From a virus: 64,000 nt of DNA. Under the pieces are notes generated by a model, which saw only the letters and a list, made by a program, of their open reading frames with translations, searched no databases and was not told the DNA's origin. The position numbers and the translations under genes were made by a program. Location: IMG/VR virus record IMGVR_UViG_3300032299_001203, positions 1-64,000 of that record; one strand, given 5' to 3'. Below are positions 44,862 to 55,832 of this stretch, piece after piece (position 1 is the first letter of the stretch; every line of letters begins with the position of its first letter).

Positions 44862-46274
44862 ATGGCAAATTTTACAGCAAACTCATCTCAACTCATATAC
44901 GGTAGTAAAATATATGAGGTACTACAATATTATTATGCTCCTGCAACCACTTCTAATGCCACAAACACATTACAGAATTCTTTGTATGCGTTTATTGGCC
45001 AAGTGGATCCATGGCCAGATGAAGAAGAACCACCCACACCAACACAAGATCAATATTCTTTAAAACAAGTATTCAAAAATATTATTGCTGCCAAAAAGGT
45101 AACATCATCTGATATTTCTCCGGTAATACCAAGGCGAGATTGGAAAACTGGTGTAATATATAATCAGTATTCTGATACAGAAGATATGTTTACGGTTGAT
45201 GCCAATGGTATACTAACAAAAAATTTCTATGTACGAAATCGTTTCGATCAGGTGTTCAAATGTTTAGGAAATGCTAATGGATCACAATCAACTATTGAAC
45301 CTGAGTTTTTACCTGGTACATTTGATAAGTCATTCTTGGTAAAAACAGCAGATGGTTATAAGTGGAAATTTTTATATACAATCAACATTGGCCAAAAACA
45401 AAAATTCTTAGATACAAATTGGATGCCTGTGGTTGGTATTGGCCAAAACATTCCAAATCCGGTTGAAACTTTTGCTGCGCAAGGTGATATTCAGGTTATT
45501 AATGTTACAAACACCGGCCGTGGTTACTTTTCTGGTGGTGTAAAAATTACCATTAATGGTGATGGTCAATTTGCAAATGCTACGGCTAGTGTTAACGCAT
45601 CCGGCTTTATTACAGACATTGTTATGGCAAATACCGGCCAAGGATATACTTATGCCGAAACAATAATAACAACGGAGGCAGGTTATCCGACCCCCAATGT
45701 AGTAGCTACTGCGAGTAGTCCTGTATCGCCTGTAGGAGGTCACGGATTCGATCCTATATCAGAATTAGGATGTAGTCACGCTATGATGGCTTTAGAATTT
45801 ACTGGCAGTGAAGGTGGATTAATACCAACCGATATCACTTACAGGCAATTAGGTCTGGTGTTGGATCCATATTCAAAAAGCAACTTAGGTAAACTCATAC
45901 CATATGCAACCGAAACTGTATATGATGTAACGACAAGTATTTTGGTTTCTTCCGGATTAGGTTCGTATGTTAGTGGCCAAGTGGTTTATCAAGGACCATC
46001 TTTGGCAAGAGCAACTTTTAAAGCAAAAATTGTTAGTTTTGATCCAACAACCAATATATTAAAGGTCATAAATATAACAGGAACACCAACTGCAAATGAA
46101 GTTCTTGTACAAGACAGTTTATTATCAGGTCAGGCTATTATTAGAACGTTATTACAGGTGACCGATCCTGATTTTATCATCTATTCTGGATATATCACTT
46201 ATATAGAAAATAGAACAGGAGTTGAACGTAGCGGAGATGCTACTGAACAATTTCGTGTTGTGTTAAGATTTTAA
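44862..46274 (+). CDS. gp8: baseplate wedge subunit
   Basis: FIG...PW, VIPRRDW..G..Y, FYV.N...VFKCL.N, DGYKWKFLY, P.GGHG.D...ELG, YIENR. Confidence 0.88.
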   Translation: MANFTANSSQLIYGSKIYEVLQYYYAPATTSNATNTLQNSLYAFIGQVDPWPDEEEPPTPTQDQYSLKQVFKNIIAAKKVTSSDISPVIPRRDWKTGVIYNQYSDTEDMFTVDANGILTKNFYVRNRFDQVFKCLGNANGSQSTIEPEFLPGTFDKSFLVKTADGYKWKFLYTINIGQKQKFLDTNWMPVVGIGQNIPNPVETFAAQGDIQVINVTNTGRGYFSGGVKITINGDGQFANATASVNASGFITDIVMANTGQGYTYAETIITTEAGYPTPNVVATASSPVSPVGGHGFDPISELGCSHAMMALEFTGSEGGLIPTDITYRQLGLVLDPYSKSNLGKLIPYATETVYDVTTSILVSSGLGSYVSGQVVYQGPSLARATFKAKIVSFDPTTNILKVINITGTPTANEVLVQDSLLSGQAIIRTLLQVTDPDFIIYSGYITYIENRTGVERSGDATEQFRVVLRF

Positions 46275-46286
46275 TGGAAAGAAAAA

Positions 46287-49200
46287 ATGGCACTTAATTT
46301 TAATGTAGAACCGTACTATGATGATTTCGATGTAACTAAAAACTACCATCGAATTCTTTTTAAGCCAGGGTATTCTGTTCAGGCTCGTGAATTAACACAA
46401 TCTCAAACCATCTTACAAAATCAAATCACAAGTTTTGCTGATGCAATTTTTGCTCAGAACACTCCCGTTTCTGGTGGTAAAGTAACAGTCAATCAAAATG
46501 TTCATTTTCTAAAGTTAAATGCAATCACACCATCTGGATTAACCACAATTGCGGCATCGTTTGAAAACGGAACAATTTATAGCCAAGATGGTTCGATTGT
46601 TGCAAAGGTAGTTGCTTTCGCAGAAGCCACATCAACTTCTATTGGAGTTGACGGTGATCCACCAACATTAATGGTAACATACATTACTGGCAATAAATTT
46701 AATAGTGGTGACACCATCTATTTAAATGGATCAAACTATATTGCAACTGTTATTACTTCATCTGTTGGTAATGAAGCTACAGGAAAAGGATCCATTGCTT
46801 CTATATCGAGAGGTATTTTTTATGTTAAAGGTAATTTTGTAACTGCTTCTGAAGATACGGTTATTCTTTCCAAATACAACGAAAATCCTTCTTTAAGAGT
46901 AGGTTTAAATGCAACAGAAACAATTATAGATTCCAATGATGACACCACTTTGTTGGATCCAGCATTAGGTGCTACAAACTACCAAGCTCCTGGAGCCGAC
47001 CGATATTTAATTAGTTTATCGTTAGAAACTCGGCCATTAACATTAGGTGACGATGACAATTTTATTGAATTGGTTCGTCTTGCTGAAGGTAGCATACAAA
47101 AACAAGTTGATGGAACCGTATACTCTGTTATTGACGATTATTTTGCCAAAAGAACAAATGATACTAACGGTGATTTTATTGTTAATGATTATACTTTAAC
47201 CCCTAAAGCAAACACCATTAATTCCAGTAAATATGATATTGGAATTTCAAAAGGTGTTTCTTATGTTCGTGGTTATAGGTTAGAGAATCAAAGTCCTGTA
47301 TCATTAATAAACGACCGAGCAAGAACTCAAGATAGTGTATTGAATAATCCAACATTTATTGATTATGGAAATTACTTCTTTGTCAATTCATCTAATGGTG
47401 TGTTTGATGTAACTACTTTACCTCCTGTTGATTTTCACACAGTAGATAAAACAAGTATCTCTTTGACAAATGAAAATTCATACAACTCGACTAGAGCGGC
47501 CACAGGATATATTAGGAATATGATTTATTCCAGTACATCTAATACGGCAAATGGATCGGCTTACATTTACAAAGCGTATGTTTTTGGAATTCAAAACCAA
47601 ACCTTAACAGCTAATGTGGCCGCCGGTTCAGCAAATAATTCTTACATAACATTACCAAGCACAAATCAATTTTCAAATGTGGCAAATGCTTACTACAATG
47701 TAACTGTGAGTATTGACAAAGGTACTTCTGCTGGAGATTTTCGTGTAATTACTAGCTATGATGCCGCTAGCAAAATTGCTTACGTTGATAGACCTTTTAC
47801 GGTTGCACCAACCACTTCTTCTCAATTTACATTAAGGTTTGATGTAACTGATATAGAAACTATCATTAAAGCAACACCTGGAATATCATACAACATTACA
47901 GCAAATGCAACAATCGACACATCAAGCAAACAAACAAATGATGTTCTTGCTGATACTGTTCTTCAAAATCCAAATGCGCCTGAGTTATTGTTTAACTTAG
48001 GTAATCAATATGTAAGTTATGCAAACAACACTTCATACTTAACAACACAGGTGTTTAGAAACGTTGCGTTTGGTATTTCTGGTGGAAACATTGTTGCAAC
48101 ATTAACTTTTGGTTCTGCACCTGTTTCCACTCTTTCTTTCTTGGGATCAGGAACATTATCTGCCGATGCTGTTTCACAAAACTTTCAAATCATTGTAACA
48201 AATCCTGGTTCAAATGCAGGTTTAAGAGCTGGTCAAACACTTCCTTGGAACATTTTATCTAGAACGTGTTCGATTACTGGTGCAGGTTCTACGGCCACAT
48301 TTACAACACCATCTAGTGATTTAACATCATTTACAGCAACAATTATTGCAAAATCTTTTGTAAAAGCAGGTAATGATACGAGTTATATTATCAAAGCTAA
48401 AAATTTAGTAACAGGTAATACAACCGGTGTTAATCTTTCTGGAACAAATGTCAACAGTTACAGTTATGTTGACACAAATCAAGGTCAAGTGTATATTACT
48501 TGGCAAGGTTTGGTTAATCCAGGATCTCCACAAAAATTGTATATTACGGATGTAAAACGAATCGTAAAAATTATTGATACAAAATCTCAAGCAACATTCC
48601 CAACAGATGCAATGTTGTCCGATCCTTCTTATGATATTACCAATAGATTTACGTTTGATAATGGTCAAAGAGATTCTCATTATGATTTTGCCACAATTAC
48701 TTTAGGTGTAGGTCAGCCTGCAATTAAAGGTAACTTACTTGTGGTTCTAGATTACTATGCAACAACTGGTGGTGATGGTTATTATAGTGTGATGTCATAC
48801 TTGGCACCAATTTCTTCTTCGCCTGAAGATTATGCTGAAATTCCATCTTACACAAGTTCAACTGGTAACCCATACCAACTAAAAGATTGTTTGGATTTTA
48901 GGCCATCTCTGATTAATGCTCAACCTGATTTTACGATTAGAGCAAGTGCATCTGGATCAGGTGCCTTAGGTGCTTACATACCTGTTGACCTTTCAATATT
49001 TGAATCCAATTATGGTTATTACTTGAGTAGAAAAGATAAACTTGTTTTAACTAAAGATAGGTCTTTTGAAATTATTCAAGGCACTCCTTCATCCAATCCA
49101 ATTGCGCCTGGTGAACCAGATGGTGCACTCGTTATTGCAAATTTAACTCATGATCCATACACAGCTTATATTCCAGGTGAAGTAACAGGAGAATTACCAA

Positions 49201-52200
49201 ATCTTTCAATTGAAAGAGTAAAACATAAACGCTGGCAAATGAGAGATATCTCCGATTTGGAAAGCAGAGTTAATAATATTGAATACTATACGGCTCTAAA
49301 CACTTTGGAAAAAGGTGCTGCTTCATTACAAATTGCTGATGGTAATGGTTTAAACCGATTTAAAAATGGTATATTAGTAGATGATTTTTCTAGTTATGCT
49401 GCATCTGATATTTCTAATAATGATTATTTGGTTTCTATTAACCGCAGAACAAAACAAATGACAGCAGCGCAAGTGGTTAAAAATTTCCCATTACAATCAC
49501 TATCATTAGTATACAATATGGGTCAATTGGATTCCACTAGTGCAAATAATTTAGGTTATAAAATTACGACTGCTGGAAAATCTAATTTCTTTATGCTGGC
49601 CTATACAACAGCCAATGTTATTACTCAACAGATTGCTTCTCGTACAGTTAATTTAAATCCATTTGCTGTATCATTGAATTCAGGTATAATGGATTTAACT
49701 CCTCCAATGGACAATTGGGTTGATACCGAAAAAGCTCCTGATTTATTAATTGTTGATCCGAATCTACAAGTATATCGTGCAAGTGATCAGGTTAATGTTT
49801 TACAAGTAGGTGATTGGAAAACAACAGTAGCCACCACCACAGATAATGTAATTGCTGCCGGAAGAAACTGGAGAGTAAATCAGGTTACAACCTACACAGA
49901 GCAACAACAAAAAACTGTATTAGGTAACTATGATAAGTTGAGTTCCAGTTACCTCGAAACATCAGGATACATTACCGATGTCAGTATTTTACCATATATT
50001 CGCCAACAATTTTTACAATTTAATACTTATGGCATGTTGGTTAACACCGATGTAAGTGTATATTTTGATGGTGTTTTAGTTGACAAATATATTCGTAAAC
50101 CAAATATTATAGAATTAACAAACGTTAGTGGATCATTTGTTGATGGAGATGTTATTGGTTTATTTGCTGGTGGTAACTTTACACCTTATGCCAAAATTGT
50201 TTCTTATTATGTTAATCCACAAAACTCAAATGTTCGTTTGTATGTTGTAACTTTAGAAGGAATTACATTTAATTCTGGCGTAACACTTCAGAATGCCAAA
50301 TTTAATACATCTGGACAATATCAATCATCTACTGCTAGTGGTAGAATTGCTTCATATACTGGTGTATCTGGAAGATTAAGAAGTGCAAACTCAACAACAT
50401 CGATTCAGTTGTCTGTTGCGTCATCAAACACCGACATTTATACCGGTCAAACATTGTATGTTATTAGTGGTTCTGGTGCAGGACAATCTTCTGTAATTAG
50501 TGCATACAACACGACCACAAAAACAGCAACTTTAACAACGGGAGTTGGTGCAGCTGCAAATGACATCTACTCTATTGGAAAACTAACAACCAATGAAGTT
50601 GGTATGTTATCTGGTATTTTTGCTTTGCCTGGTGCTACTTTCAAAACAGGCCAAAGAACTTTCAGAGTAGATAATCGAATTGCTGGTAATATAGGTTCAG
50701 AAACAACATTCTCTGAAGCTACATTTCATGCTTCTGGTTTACAAACAACAAAACAAGGTGTAAATTATGCTTCTTCAATTGATTCAGCAAAAAATACATT
50801 TACACAAACACAAACCAAAACAAATGTAAGCAGTTACAATTACACAACTGTGTGGGATCCAGTAGCTCAAACATTTATTATCGATAAAGATAATTATCCA
50901 AACGGTTGTTTTTTAGATTCAATTAAAGTTTTCTTTGCCACCAAGCCTTCTACTGGATATGCACCTGTAACAATATCAATTGTAGGTACAGTCAATGGAT
51001 ATCCTGGTGGAGAAACTTTGGATCATTCACAAGTAACTTTAACAGCCGAACACATAAAAACATCCAATGATCCACACTATTTAAATCCTAATACATATAC
51101 AGTATTTAAATTCCCAACACCAGTTTATTTGGAACCAAATAAATTGTATGCATTTATATTAAAATGTCCTACATCTAACGAGTATACAATTTATACGGCA
51201 CAAAACGGTGATACAGCAATTTCTTCATCAGTTAAAAATTTGCCAACTGATCCTACACCAGCTACAACAACAAAAATTAACTCTGCGCCGTATGTTGGTT
51301 CATTATTTGTATCACAAAATTCTCAAACATGGACAGCAGATCAAAATGAATCTATGATGTTTGTTGTTGAAAGATGTGTGTTTGATGTTGGTTCACAACC
51401 ACAAATACAATTTGTTGTACCTAATAAATTACCTAATAGAAAAATTGTTGGTCAAGAAATAGAATATTATTTAAATGCAAATTCTATTTCAAATACAATA
51501 ACGTCTTTTGAAAACACAGATGTTTCTGTTGATGCCTTTAATATTTCAACAACAGATTTTATACCAGGTACAACTTCTTTGGGTTATCAATATGCATCAA
51601 CAGTAAAATCATCATATGCAGGTGCACCTACTGTAAGTGTAACTCCTGGTAAATTTGGTACACCAACTTATGATGACATTTATTTAAATGATGGTTTGGG
51701 ACAACGTGTATTGAATGCAAATTCAAATACATCATTCTCTCTATTTGCAACAATGACTTCTGTAAACGATGCCGTTTCTCCTGTAATTTCTGATGATGGA
51801 TTAAGTGTATATTCTATAACATGGAATATTAATAATCTTGGATTATCAAACAACATTATAACAATCGTTTCTGGTGGAACAGGATATAATGCACAAACAG
51901 TTTCCGTAACTGTAAACTCTACTGATGGATATGGTTCTGGTGCAACGGCTGTGGCTAATGTTGTTGGTGGTATTATTGATAGTGTACGCATTACTAATCC
52001 TGGTTCGGGTTACATAACCACTCCTACAATGACAATAACAGATGATAGCACTCGTTCTGGTAATGCAAATGCTTCCGTTATTCTTGCTGGTGAAACTTCT
52101 AAATCTGGTGGTAATGCGTTGGCCAGATACTTTACCAAGAAAGTTGTATTGAATCAAGGTTTTGATTCTGGTGATCTAAGAGTTTACTTTACTGCTTATC

Positions 52201-52532
52201 GTCCAGTCAATACAAATATATACGTATATTATAAAATACTTTCCAGAAACGATACACAAAAATTTGAAGAAGGTACATGGCAATTGATGACGTTAATTAA
52301 CAATAGTGATTCATTATATTCTCAAACACGAGATGACACATATGAATTTGTTGCTGCACCAGGAACATTGGGTAAATCACAAAATTATGTTTCATATACT
52401 AGTGACGTAACAAATCAAACTTACAACAACTTTAGCCAATTTGCTATTAAGGTTGTTCTATCAACATCAGATAACACTTTTGTTCCTTACCTTTCGGACA
52501 TTCGTGCTATCGCTCTACCATCGGCGGTTTAA
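46287..52532 (+). CDS. large virion structural protein (VrlC/DUF4815-like)
   Basis: PYYDDFD..KNYHRILFKPG..VQARELTQ.Q.ILQNQI, APGADR, RFKNG.LVDDF, DPVAQTF, D.RAIAL. Confidence 0.88.
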   Translation: MALNFNVEPYYDDFDVTKNYHRILFKPGYSVQARELTQSQTILQNQITSFADAIFAQNTPVSGGKVTVNQNVHFLKLNAITPSGLTTIAASFENGTIYSQDGSIVAKVVAFAEATSTSIGVDGDPPTLMVTYITGNKFNSGDTIYLNGSNYIATVITSSVGNEATGKGSIASISRGIFYVKGNFVTASEDTVILSKYNENPSLRVGLNATETIIDSNDDTTLLDPALGATNYQAPGADRYLISLSLETRPLTLGDDDNFIELVRLAEGSIQKQVDGTVYSVIDDYFAKRTNDTNGDFIVNDYTLTPKANTINSSKYDIGISKGVSYVRGYRLENQSPVSLINDRARTQDSVLNNPTFIDYGNYFFVNSSNGVFDVTTLPPVDFHTVDKTSISLTNENSYNSTRAATGYIRNMIYSSTSNTANGSAYIYKAYVFGIQNQTLTANVAAGSANNSYITLPSTNQFSNVANAYYNVTVSIDKGTSAGDFRVITSYDAASKIAYVDRPFTVAPTTSSQFTLRFDVTDIETIIKATPGISYNITANATIDTSSKQTNDVLADTVLQNPNAPELLFNLGNQYVSYANNTSYLTTQVFRNVAFGISGGNIVATLTFGSAPVSTLSFLGSGTLSADAVSQNFQIIVTNPGSNAGLRAGQTLPWNILSRTCSITGAGSTATFTTPSSDLTSFTATIIAKSFVKAGNDTSYIIKAKNLVTGNTTGVNLSGTNVNSYSYVDTNQGQVYITWQGLVNPGSPQKLYITDVKRIVKIIDTKSQATFPTDAMLSDPSYDITNRFTFDNGQRDSHYDFATITLGVGQPAIKGNLLVVLDYYATTGGDGYYSVMSYLAPISSSPEDYAEIPSYTSSTGNPYQLKDCLDFRPSLINAQPDFTIRASASGSGALGAYIPVDLSIFESNYGYYLSRKDKLVLTKDRSFEIIQGTPSSNPIAPGEPDGALVIANLTHDPYTAYIPGEVTGELPNLSIERVKHKRWQMRDISDLESRVNNIEYYTALNTLEKGAASLQIADGNGLNRFKNGILVDDFSSYAASDISNNDYLVSINRRTKQMTAAQVVKNFPLQSLSLVYNMGQLDSTSANNLGYKITTAGKSNFFMLAYTTANVITQQIASRTVNLNPFAVSLNSGIMDLTPPMDNWVDTEKAPDLLIVDPNLQVYRASDQVNVLQVGDWKTTVATTTDNVIAAGRNWRVNQVTTYTEQQQKTVLGNYDKLSSSYLETSGYITDVSILPYIRQQFLQFNTYGMLVNTDVSVYFDGVLVDKYIRKPNIIELTNVSGSFVDGDVIGLFAGGNFTPYAKIVSYYVNPQNSNVRLYVVTLEGITFNSGVTLQNAKFNTSGQYQSSTASGRIASYTGVSGRLRSANSTTSIQLSVASSNTDIYTGQTLYVISGSGAGQSSVISAYNTTTKTATLTTGVGAAANDIYSIGKLTTNEVGMLSGIFALPGATFKTGQRTFRVDNRIAGNIGSETTFSEATFHASGLQTTKQGVNYASSIDSAKNTFTQTQTKTNVSSYNYTTVWDPVAQTFIIDKDNYPNGCFLDSIKVFFATKPSTGYAPVTISIVGTVNGYPGGETLDHSQVTLTAEHIKTSNDPHYLNPNTYTVFKFPTPVYLEPNKLYAFILKCPTSNEYTIYTAQNGDTAISSSVKNLPTDPTPATTTKINSAPYVGSLFVSQNSQTWTADQNESMMFVVERCVFDVGSQPQIQFVVPNKLPNRKIVGQEIEYYLNANSISNTITSFENTDVSVDAFNISTTDFIPGTTSLGYQYASTVKSSYAGAPTVSVTPGKFGTPTYDDIYLNDGLGQRVLNANSNTSFSLFATMTSVNDAVSPVISDDGLSVYSITWNINNLGLSNNIITIVSGGTGYNAQTVSVTVNSTDGYGSGATAVANVVGGIIDSVRITNPGSGYITTPTMTITDDSTRSGNANASVILAGETSKSGGNALARYFTKKVVLNQGFDSGDLRVYFTAYRPVNTNIYVYYKILSRNDTQKFEEGTWQLMTLINNSDSLYSQTRDDTYEFVAAPGTLGKSQNYVSYTSDVTNQTYNNFSQFAIKVVLSTSDNTFVPYLSDIRAIALPSAV

Positions 52533-52533
52533 T

Positions 52534-52752
52534 ATGTTAGTTAAAGTAACTGGTACAACATTCGTAAGAGATACTAAAACAATGGCTCTAATCAATCAAG
52601 ATACAGCTGGTTTGGATGATTACAACTTTAAAAAACAATTAATGGGAAGCCAAAAAGAAGAAATAAATAAAATTAAAAATGAAATCAACGAAGTAAGAGA
52701 TGATATTAAAGTCATCAAAAATATGTTGATTCAGTTATCTTCCAGGAAATAA
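52534..52752 (+). CDS. small coiled-coil protein
   Basis: ATG 52534 right after the previous stop; VRD..T.A.IN motif. Confidence 0.75.
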   Translation: MLVKVTGTTFVRDTKTMALINQDTAGLDDYNFKKQLMGSQKEEINKIKNEINEVRDDIKVIKNMLIQLSSRK

Positions 52753-52754
52753 TA

Positions 52755-54956
52755 ATGGCTAATACCGTATCAGTTTTAAACTTTACAAATACCTTTGGTG
52801 ACCTTCTGGCTCAACAAAATATTATTGCAAAAGAATTAAACAATCTTGGTGCCAATAATTATACAAAAGATAGTGGAACATTATTTGTTAGTGGTATTGG
52901 TACAGGACTATCTGTAACAAACACAGCGGCTCTTGGTGCCGCAGTTGTTTCCACAACTTTATCCGTTGGTGGTGATTCAACTTTACTTGCAAACGTTTAT
53001 TTGGATGCTCCTGGTTTTACATTACAAGTTGCAAACAATGCAATTATACACAAACAAATAATTACTGATAATATTACAGCTAACACACTAGTAAGGTCAT
53101 CAACTCTTAATATTTCAGATGTTGCACGAGTTAACAATTTGACAAGCAACAACGTAGTTTTAACTCCAACATTAAACACCACAGGTTCTGCTTGGGTTAA
53201 TAATTTAAGAGCCAATTCTGGTGTATCGGCACCATTCATGATTGCTACAACAAGAGGTATTTTTGAGGACATTACTGCAAATAATCAAATTACCACAACA
53301 TTTTTAAATGTAACCACTAATGTCACATCGGACTTAAATGTAACCACCGATGTTCGTGGTAGAGATTTTTTTGGTAGAGTCGGAACATTTGATAGTTTTG
53401 TTGCTGGATCAATGACCGTAGCTGGAAATTTTGTAGTTAGTTCACCAACCATTTATTCTTCTAACACCTTTGTGTTAAATGCTAGTGCTGGTGCAGGTCA
53501 AACAAGCACATTAGGTGTTGATCGAGGTATTAGTGGTGCAAATGCTTCTTTTAGATGGAATGAATCATTAAGATATTGGGAAACACTTGACGTTCAAAAT
53601 GGTGAACACTTTAGAGTATTGACCAATATGCATTTAAGTAATTCAACGATGTTGAATAATTCTTTAAATGTGGCAACATCAGCAGCTGTGTTTGATTTAC
53701 AAGCACAAGTACGAGCAAATACAAATACATTTACATCAAATGTAAATTTTTTAACAACCACTCTGGCGGCCGCAAATCTTTATTCTCATACATCATTTGG
53801 TCGAGCCAATACATCAGCAAACGTATTTACGGGCACGGACGGTTTTTCTGCCAATGCCACCGACGGAAGAATGTCATTTGATAGTAATAATGGTGTTGTA
53901 ATTTCAGCAACAGGAAATACATTATTTGTAAATACTCCACAAGATTTAACCACCTTATCCAATCCAACATTTAACAGTATTTACAGTTTAGGTAATCCAC
54001 TTTCAGTAGAAAATGGTGGTATAGGTGCATCTGAAAAAGTTCAAGGTTTAATTAACTTATTACCATCTACTATTGATGTAGCAAACGGATCTATATTGGC
54101 CGCTAACGCCAACACAATATATTGGACAACTCGTGGACCATTTTTTGCCAATAACTTAACATTTACACCATTTGGTAGTATTACTCAGAATACTATTCAA
54201 TTGGCAGTACAAGACCTCGAAACAAGAAAAGCAACTATTGCTAGTCCGACATTGACAGGAACTCCTGCTGCACCAACTGCAACCACCAATACAAATACAA
54301 CACAAATTGCCACTACTGCTTTTGTTAATACATCAATTGATTCAGTATTAAATTCTACAACCACCAAAAATATTAGTATCAGCGGTAATGCCGGCACAGT
54401 TACAAATGGTGTATATACCAATCAATCGTATTCCGATCCATCATTTATTGCATCTTTGGCTTCAACGAAAGTAACAGGTTCAATACCTGGTTCTCAAATT
54501 AGTGGTGCCATATCAGGAACAGCCGCAGGCGTAACTGGATTTACAATTAATCAAAGTGTTGGTACCGGTGATAATACAAGATTTAATTCTCTTGGTGTTG
54601 GCACAGCCGCTTCTGGTACTGCAGGTGAAATTCGAGCAACTAATAACATCACTGCTTATTATTCAGACGACAGATTAAAAACACGTTTGGGTACCATTGA
54701 AAATGCTTTAGATAAATTGATGACTTTAAGTGGTTTTTATCACGAAGCCAATGAAACCGCTCAAAAATTAGGGTATACACCAATAAGAGAGGTTGGTCTT
54801 TCAGCTCAAGAAGTTCAAAGAATTATGCCCGAAGTAGTTGCACCAGCACCAATTGATGACAAATATTTAACTATTCGTTATGAAAGATTGATTCCTTTGT
54901 TGGTTGAAGCAATAAAAGAATTAAAAGCCGAAGTGGATTTGTTAAAATCCAAATAA
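52755..54956 (+). CDS. tail fibre with C-terminal peptidase S74 intramolecular chaperone
   Basis: YYSDDRLK...IENALDK, G.SAQEV....PE.V, YERLIPLLVEAIKEL. Confidence 0.88.
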   Translation: MANTVSVLNFTNTFGDLLAQQNIIAKELNNLGANNYTKDSGTLFVSGIGTGLSVTNTAALGAAVVSTTLSVGGDSTLLANVYLDAPGFTLQVANNAIIHKQIITDNITANTLVRSSTLNISDVARVNNLTSNNVVLTPTLNTTGSAWVNNLRANSGVSAPFMIATTRGIFEDITANNQITTTFLNVTTNVTSDLNVTTDVRGRDFFGRVGTFDSFVAGSMTVAGNFVVSSPTIYSSNTFVLNASAGAGQTSTLGVDRGISGANASFRWNESLRYWETLDVQNGEHFRVLTNMHLSNSTMLNNSLNVATSAAVFDLQAQVRANTNTFTSNVNFLTTTLAAANLYSHTSFGRANTSANVFTGTDGFSANATDGRMSFDSNNGVVISATGNTLFVNTPQDLTTLSNPTFNSIYSLGNPLSVENGGIGASEKVQGLINLLPSTIDVANGSILAANANTIYWTTRGPFFANNLTFTPFGSITQNTIQLAVQDLETRKATIASPTLTGTPAAPTATTNTNTTQIATTAFVNTSIDSVLNSTTTKNISISGNAGTVTNGVYTNQSYSDPSFIASLASTKVTGSIPGSQISGAISGTAAGVTGFTINQSVGTGDNTRFNSLGVGTAASGTAGEIRATNNITAYYSDDRLKTRLGTIENALDKLMTLSGFYHEANETAQKLGYTPIREVGLSAQEVQRIMPEVVAPAPIDDKYLTIRYERLIPLLVEAIKELKAEVDLLKSK

Positions 54957-54986
54957 AATTAAAACTAAATACCAATAGGATAAAGA

Positions 54987-55328
54987 ATGCCGGCCGGTTA
55001 CCAAGATTTATTTTTAGAACAAGGCACAACCTTTTCAACAACCATTACCTTAGATGATGTTGATGGTGTGGCTTATGATTTGACTGGCATGCAGGCCAAA
55101 GGACAAATAAGAAGGTCTTATTATTCTGCTAATGCCACAGCCACTTTTATTGTGTCGATTCCTAGCCCAACAGAAGGTGGTATTATTTTGAATCTGGCTG
55201 CAAATACGACAGCAAATATTGCAGCAGGTAGATATGTATATGATGTGGCAATTAAAGATTCATCTAACATAATCACTAGAGTTTTAGAAGGTACTGTTAG
55301 TGTTCTTCCACAAGTAACTAGGTTTTAA
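54987..55328 (+). CDS. virion adaptor-like protein
   Basis: LEQG.TF, DLTG...GQIRRSY, GRYVYDV, R..EG...V.P.VT; ACTAAATA at 54964-54971. Confidence 0.75.
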   Translation: MPAGYQDLFLEQGTTFSTTITLDDVDGVAYDLTGMQAKGQIRRSYYSANATATFIVSIPSPTEGGIILNLAANTTANIAAGRYVYDVAIKDSSNIITRVLEGTVSVLPQVTRF

Positions 55329-55330
55329 AA

Positions 55331-55555
55331 ATGCCAGGACAAGTAATAGGCACAGTCAATGTGCAAGTTAATACTCAGAAAGCCAGTGCGGTCAGGTCGA
55401 TTACCTATGGTGCCAGAACATTAAAAAGTGCCACAGATTTATCAATGACTGGTGCAGAAGATGGAGAAGTTGTGGTTTATGATGGAGCTACAAATTCGTT
55501 TAAAGTGGCTCCTGTATCTGCCACAGCAACTAGTTTGGATGCCGGAGAGTTCTGA
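55331..55555 (+). CDS. small structural protein
   Basis: coupled ORF ending LDAGEF. Confidence 0.7.
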   Translation: MPGQVIGTVNVQVNTQKASAVRSITYGARTLKSATDLSMTGAEDGEVVVYDGATNSFKVAPVSATATSLDAGEF

Positions 55556-55791
55556 TGGCCAATACGACCATACAGATACTTCGTTCATATGCAAACACAA
55601 GGCCGTCAAATCTAGATGATGGTGAATTGGCGTACTCTTTTGTATCCAATACATTTTTTATTGGTGATAGAAATGGTAAAATAATTACGGTTGGTGGTTT
55701 AACCACTACGGAAAATGCAGCAAATACAGTAGTTCTTAGGGATGCAAATGGTAATATTAATGTTGCAACCATAGACGGTGGAAATTTCTAA
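55555..55791 (+). CDS. minimal fibre-linker protein
   Basis: miniature paralog of the N-terminus of 55833..57806, ending IDGGNF. Confidence 0.75.
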   Translation: MANTTIQILRSYANTRPSNLDDGELAYSFVSNTFFIGDRNGKIITVGGLTTTENAANTVVLRDANGNINVATIDGGNF

Positions 55792-55832
55792 ATAGTAGTA
55801 GTGGACAACTAGCCTAATAATAAGGAAAAAAA